DNA of 59,665 nt. Source: Acidimicrobiaceae bacterium. Lineage in GTDB: Bacteria; Actinomycetota; Acidimicrobiia; Acidimicrobiales; RAAP-2. Below, piece after piece: positions 56,223 through 59,665 of the stretch; within the stretch, counting starts at the first letter, position 1, and each line of letters opens with the position of its first letter. The notes below the pieces were generated by a model. That model ran no database searches and was not told the DNA's origin. It was given only the letters and a program-made list of their open reading frames with translations. Location of the stretch: assembly GCA_003134515.1 (NCBI GenBank), contig PLBM01000087.1, forward strand, positions 3,922-63,586, given 5' to 3'. Made by a program: the position numbers and the translations under genes.

Positions 56223-57086
56223 CTATCCTGGGGCCGCCGCGGGCTTGACGGTGCGGGTCAGTCCCTCTTGGACCATGGAGACCTTCAGTTCGCCGTCTTG
56301 GGAGAACAAGAAGCCTCGGGCGAGTCCCCGTCCGCCAAAGGCGATGGGCGACTCGGTGTCGTAGAGCAACCACTCGTCGGCGCGCAGGTCGTGGTGGAAC
56401 CACATGCAGTGATCGAGACTCGCGCCCATGAAGCTGCCGTTGTTCCACTGGATCGAGTGCGGCTTGAGTATCGCGTCAAAGAGACTCATGTCGCTGGCGT
56501 AGGTCACGACACAGGCGTGCAGCAACGGGTCGTCGGGCAGGGTGCCGTCGGCTTTGATCCAGAGCCGCTGGTGGGGATCTTTCGAGCGGTTCTTACTCCA
56601 CGGCAGCTCGCCGATGAAGCGCTGGTCGATGGGGTGCTGACGTTGGAACCACTCATCGACCTCGCCAGACTCACCCTGCACGCGCTCGAACAGCGACTTG
56701 ATCGTCTCCGGGCCGGGAACATCGGGCATGGTCACCTGGTGACTAATGCTCACCTCGTCGGAGTGAAAACTCGCCTGCATGTTGTAGATCGCGCGCCCGT
56801 GTTGGATGGCCACGACGCGCCTCGTGGTGAAGCTCTTGCCGTCACGAATCCGGTCGACTTCGTAGAGGATGGGCGTTGTGGGATCGCCCGGGCGAAGAAA
56901 GTATGAGTGGAGCGAATGCACGCGACCCTGTGAGACGGTTCGCCCGGCGGCCATCAACGATTGAGCGGCCACTTGACCGCCAAACGTGCGCTGGCGTTCC
57001 TCTTTTGGATGTACGCCTCGATAGACGTTTACTTCGATCGCCTCGAGGTCGAGAAGGTGAACGAGGAACTCCAGGGCTTCAGACAT
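56223..57086 (-). CDS. tesB: Acyl-CoA thioesterase II
   Basis: FGGQVAAQ, HSLHSYFLRPG, RDGKSF..RRV.A.Q, YASD, SLDH..WFH, QEG. Confidence 0.95.
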   Translation of the reverse strand: MSEALEFLVHLLDLEAIEVNVYRGVHPKEERQRTFGGQVAAQSLMAAGRTVSQGRVHSLHSYFLRPGDPTTPILYEVDRIRDGKSFTTRRVVAIQHGRAIYNMQASFHSDEVSISHQVTMPDVPGPETIKSLFERVQGESGEVDEWFQRQHPIDQRFIGELPWSKNRSKDPHQRLWIKADGTLPDDPLLHACVVTYASDMSLFDAILKPHSIQWNNGSFMGASLDHCMWFHHDLRADEWLLYDTESPIAFGGRGLARGFLFSQDGELKVSMVQEGLTRTVKPAAAPG

Positions 57087-57148
57087 GTGACCATTGTTGC
57101 ACTTGACGTCACGTCGTTTAGCAACGCGCACCAAGTAGACTTGACTCG

Positions 57149-57655
57149 ATGATTGAACGACTGCGCTCTTTTATTTCGTGGTCGCACACGCACCAGGGCA
57201 AGAAAATGGTTCGTTACGTTTTGGGCTCGGTCATCACGACTGGTGTCTCGTTCTCCTCCATCGCGATTCTTTACGGTTTTCGAATCATCCCCGGCGTTAT
57301 CTGGGCCACGCTGGCCGGTAACTTGATCGCGACGTTGCCCGCGTACTACTTGAATCGCACCTGGACCTGGGGCAAGCGTGGACGCAGTCACTTTCGCCGA
57401 GAGATCGTGCCGTTTTGGTCGATGTCCTTTCTCGGCATCTCCTTTTCGATGCTCGGCGCGTTCTGGGCCCGGCACGAGGTGCACTCGCACGCGTGGAATC
57501 GCCTGACGGACACCGCTCTCGTTACCGGAACCAACGTGGCGTGTTTCGCCGTCTTCTTCTTGTTGAAGTTGATGGTCTTTAACCGGATCTTCCACGTCAA
57601 CAAACTTGAACAGATCGACGAACATCTCAGCCTGGAAGAGACGACCGCGAGCTAG
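57149..57655 (+). CDS. GtrA-family protein (copy 1)
   Basis: Four TM helices; RY...S.IT and AY.LNR.WTW motifs. Confidence 0.85.
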   Translation: MIERLRSFISWSHTHQGKKMVRYVLGSVITTGVSFSSIAILYGFRIIPGVIWATLAGNLIATLPAYYLNRTWTWGKRGRSHFRREIVPFWSMSFLGISFSMLGAFWARHEVHSHAWNRLTDTALVTGTNVACFAVFFLLKLMVFNRIFHVNKLEQIDEHLSLEETTAS

Positions 57656-57700
57656 GCGCGACCCCTCGGCCCGTGGGGCGAGCGCGGTAAGTTGGACAAG

Positions 57701-58207
57701 ATGAAATACACTCCGCGCTCGTTGGTGGCGTGGTCACACACGCACCAGGGCAAGAAGGTGGTTCGCTACACACTCACTTCGGGCATCACGACCGTCATCT
57801 CCTTTAGCGCCGTCGCCGCCCTGTACGGGTTTCGAATCATCCCCGGCGTTATCTGGGCCACGTTGGCCGGCAACGTCATTGGCACGGTGCCGGCGTACAA
57901 CCTGAACCGCCGTTGGACGTGGAACAAGCGCGGTCGAAGTAGCCTGCGAACTGAAATCGCCCCGTTTCTCGCGATGTCCACCCTGGGCATCGCTTTTTCT
58001 CAAATCGGCGCGTGGTGGGCTAAGCACGAGGTGAACGTGCACCACTGGAGCCACCTCACCAACACCGTTATTGTCGCCAGCGCCAATCTCGTGTGCTTTG
58101 GCATCTTTTGGGTGCTCAAATTAATGGTGTTCAATCGAATCTTTCATGTCAATCGACTCGAGGAGATTGATCGTCACCTCACCTTGGAGGAGCGGGCCGC
58201 CAGTTAG
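57701..58207 (+). CDS. GtrA-family protein (copy 2, tandem paralogue)
   Basis: Same motifs; colinear with copy 1. Confidence 0.85.
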   Translation: MKYTPRSLVAWSHTHQGKKVVRYTLTSGITTVISFSAVAALYGFRIIPGVIWATLAGNVIGTVPAYNLNRRWTWNKRGRSSLRTEIAPFLAMSTLGIAFSQIGAWWAKHEVNVHHWSHLTNTVIVASANLVCFGIFWVLKLMVFNRIFHVNRLEEIDRHLTLEERAAS

Positions 58208-58692
58208 TCGCGAAAGTTGGTGAACTGCAGCGGTACCGCAAGGTCGGCTTCTTTGAGCGCCGCCATGGCGCGTTGCAGATCGTCGCGCTGCTTACCGGTC
58301 ACGCGTACGTGCTCACCCTGCACCGAGGAACTGAGGCTCTTCACGCCCATGTCCTTAACGAACTTGTTGATCTGCTTACCCACGTCGGGGCTGATGCCGG
58401 CCTTGAGGGCCACTTTCTGGCGAGCGCTGTTGTGACTCGCTTCTTCGATCTTGCCGGCGTCGAGGGCCTTCAAGGAGACCGAACGCTTGATCAACTTCTC
58501 TTGCAGCAGTTGGTAGAGCGCGCGCAGCCGGTCCTCGGTCGTGGCGCTCAGCGCTAACTCCTTTTCGGAAAACTCGATGATCGCGTCGGTGCCCTTGAAG
58601 TCAAAGCGGGTGGTGGCTTCACGATTGGCTTGATCGACGGCGTTGCGCACTTCTTGGAGGTCGATTTCGGAGACGACGTCAAAACTCGGCAT
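58204..58692 (-). CDS. yajQ: YajQ-family nucleotide-binding protein
   Basis: MPSFDVVS, RFDFKG, RVTGK.RDDLQ, LQFTNFRD. Confidence 0.95.
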   Translation of the reverse strand: MPSFDVVSEIDLQEVRNAVDQANREATTRFDFKGTDAIIEFSEKELALSATTEDRLRALYQLLQEKLIKRSVSLKALDAGKIEEASHNSARQKVALKAGISPDVGKQINKFVKDMGVKSLSSSVQGEHVRVTGKQRDDLQRAMAALKEADLAVPLQFTNFRD

Positions 58693-58755
58693 AGCCCGAT
58701 GGTAGAGCGTCGGGCGTTTGGTCGCCGGGTGGGCACTCGCAGTAGAATCCTCGAC

Positions 58756-58840
58756 GGGTCAGTGCCCGAGTGGCCAATGGGATCTGGCTGTAAACCAGAC
58801 GGCTTAGCCTACGGGGGTTCAAATCCCTCCTGGCCCACCA
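58756..58840 (+). tRNA. tRNA-Tyr(GTA)
   Basis: GGGTCAG/CTGGCCC acceptor stem, TCTGG-CTGTAAA-CCAGA, variable arm, GGTTCAAATCC, encoded CCA. Confidence 0.96.
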
Positions 58841-58841
58841 A

Positions 58842-58868
58842 GGCCAATCCAGCGGGACTGGATTGGCC
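58842..58868 (+). terminator. Hairpin downstream of tRNA-Tyr
   Basis: GGCCAATCCAG-CGGGA-CTGGATTGGCC, 11-bp stem. Confidence 0.75.
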
Positions 58869-58922
58869 ATGCCCGAAACGGCCCGAACGAAATAAGGTGA
58901 CAAGGGGCAGGGGAGGAGTGGT

Positions 58923-59665
58923 GTGAACCGGCTTAGGTCGACGGCGAGCCTCGTGCGCCGCAACTACGAACGAGTCGCCGAGCGTTTCGAATCCGGTGTT
59001 TCGATGCTCGAACGCCGTTACACGCCGCTCGGCCGATTCACCACCGGACCTTTTGAAGGCTGGCGGTTCCTCTGGCAGCCGGCTGTGCTCGGGTTCGTGG
59101 CGATGTCGTTCATTCTCGCCGGATGCTCGTTCACCAACTCTCCCTTCAAGCTCGATTTGCCGAGCACGTGGTTTTTTGGCGAACCGTCGCCCAAGTTCAG
59201 CGTGACGCCGAGCGAAACGAAGTACATCCTTTCCGTCGTCCTCGTCTACGGCGGACTGGTGTTGTTGATGCGGGTCTGGTTGCGCCTGGCTGAGATAATG
59301 CAATTGCACCCCGGCGCCAAGATCAAGTCGCTGTGGTGGATGCTGCTGCTGTGGGCGACGCCCATGATCGTCGCGCCGCCGCTCTTTAGTCGCGACGTCT
59401 TCAGTTACGCGGCTCAGGGTGAGATGACCTTTCGTCACATCAGTCCGTATCTGTACGGGCCCTACACCCTTGGCTCGGGCCCCTATCCCAATCCCGTCGA
59501 TCCGCTCTGGAGTAATGCGCCCGCTCCGTACGGCCCGTTCTTCCTCTTCCTCGACGGAAAGATTGACTGGATCTCGCAGCACCACGAACTCTGGACCGTC
59601 GTCGGACTACGACTGCTCGAGACGTTCGCCGTCGCCATGATCGGTTACGGAGTCGTGATCCTGGC
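58923..59665 (+). CDS. Polyprenol-phosphomannose-dependent alpha-1,6-mannosyltransferase MptB-like (GT-C, partial)
   Basis: Manual translation from GTG 58923 (GGAGGAG SD): PPLFSRDVFSYAAQGEM...SPY..GP...VDPLW...PAPYGP. Runs off the window end. Confidence 0.88.
   Translation, partial: MNRLRSTASLVRRNYERVAERFESGVSMLERRYTPLGRFTTGPFEGWRFLWQPAVLGFVAMSFILAGCSFTNSPFKLDLPSTWFFGEPSPKFSVTPSETKYILSVVLVYGGLVLLMRVWLRLAEIMQLHPGAKIKSLWWMLLLWATPMIVAPPLFSRDVFSYAAQGEMTFRHISPYLYGPYTLGSGPYPNPVDPLWSNAPAPYGPFFLFLDGKIDWISQHHELWTVVGLRLLETFAVAMIGYGVVIL

Overview
High-GC actinobacterial chromosomal window. Gene content and synteny suggest class Acidimicrobiia (inference). It is mostly housekeeping: haem A/O synthesis, serS, senX3-regX3, four tRNAs, SRP RNA-dnaX-recR, an ethylmalonyl-CoA pathway cluster, ask-asd, phoU, rmuC, gltA, tesB, yajQ and mptB. 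The standout is an intact, translationally coupled five-gene type IV secretion-like operon at 8153-12927: pilin, VirB6-like protein, PrgI/VirB4-N, VirB4-C ATPase and an anchorless VirD4. It lies between senX3 and a ROK kinase with no relaxase, integrase, att site or cell-wall hydrolase in the window, so it is a candidate domesticated chromosomal transfer system. Other signals: three tRNA genes with a -10 box placed to start transcription at or next to the mature 5' end; a 6S-like structured RNA candidate upstream of the thiolase; a displaced tRNA-Arg 3' end (possible integration scar); an orphan sqdB behind a palindrome; a DUF1326/DUF2182/CDF metal module; a recurring TAC-N6-GTAAC operator at acyl-CoA genes; and pervasive leaderless genes. 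All calls come from reading motifs by eye. No database searches were run.
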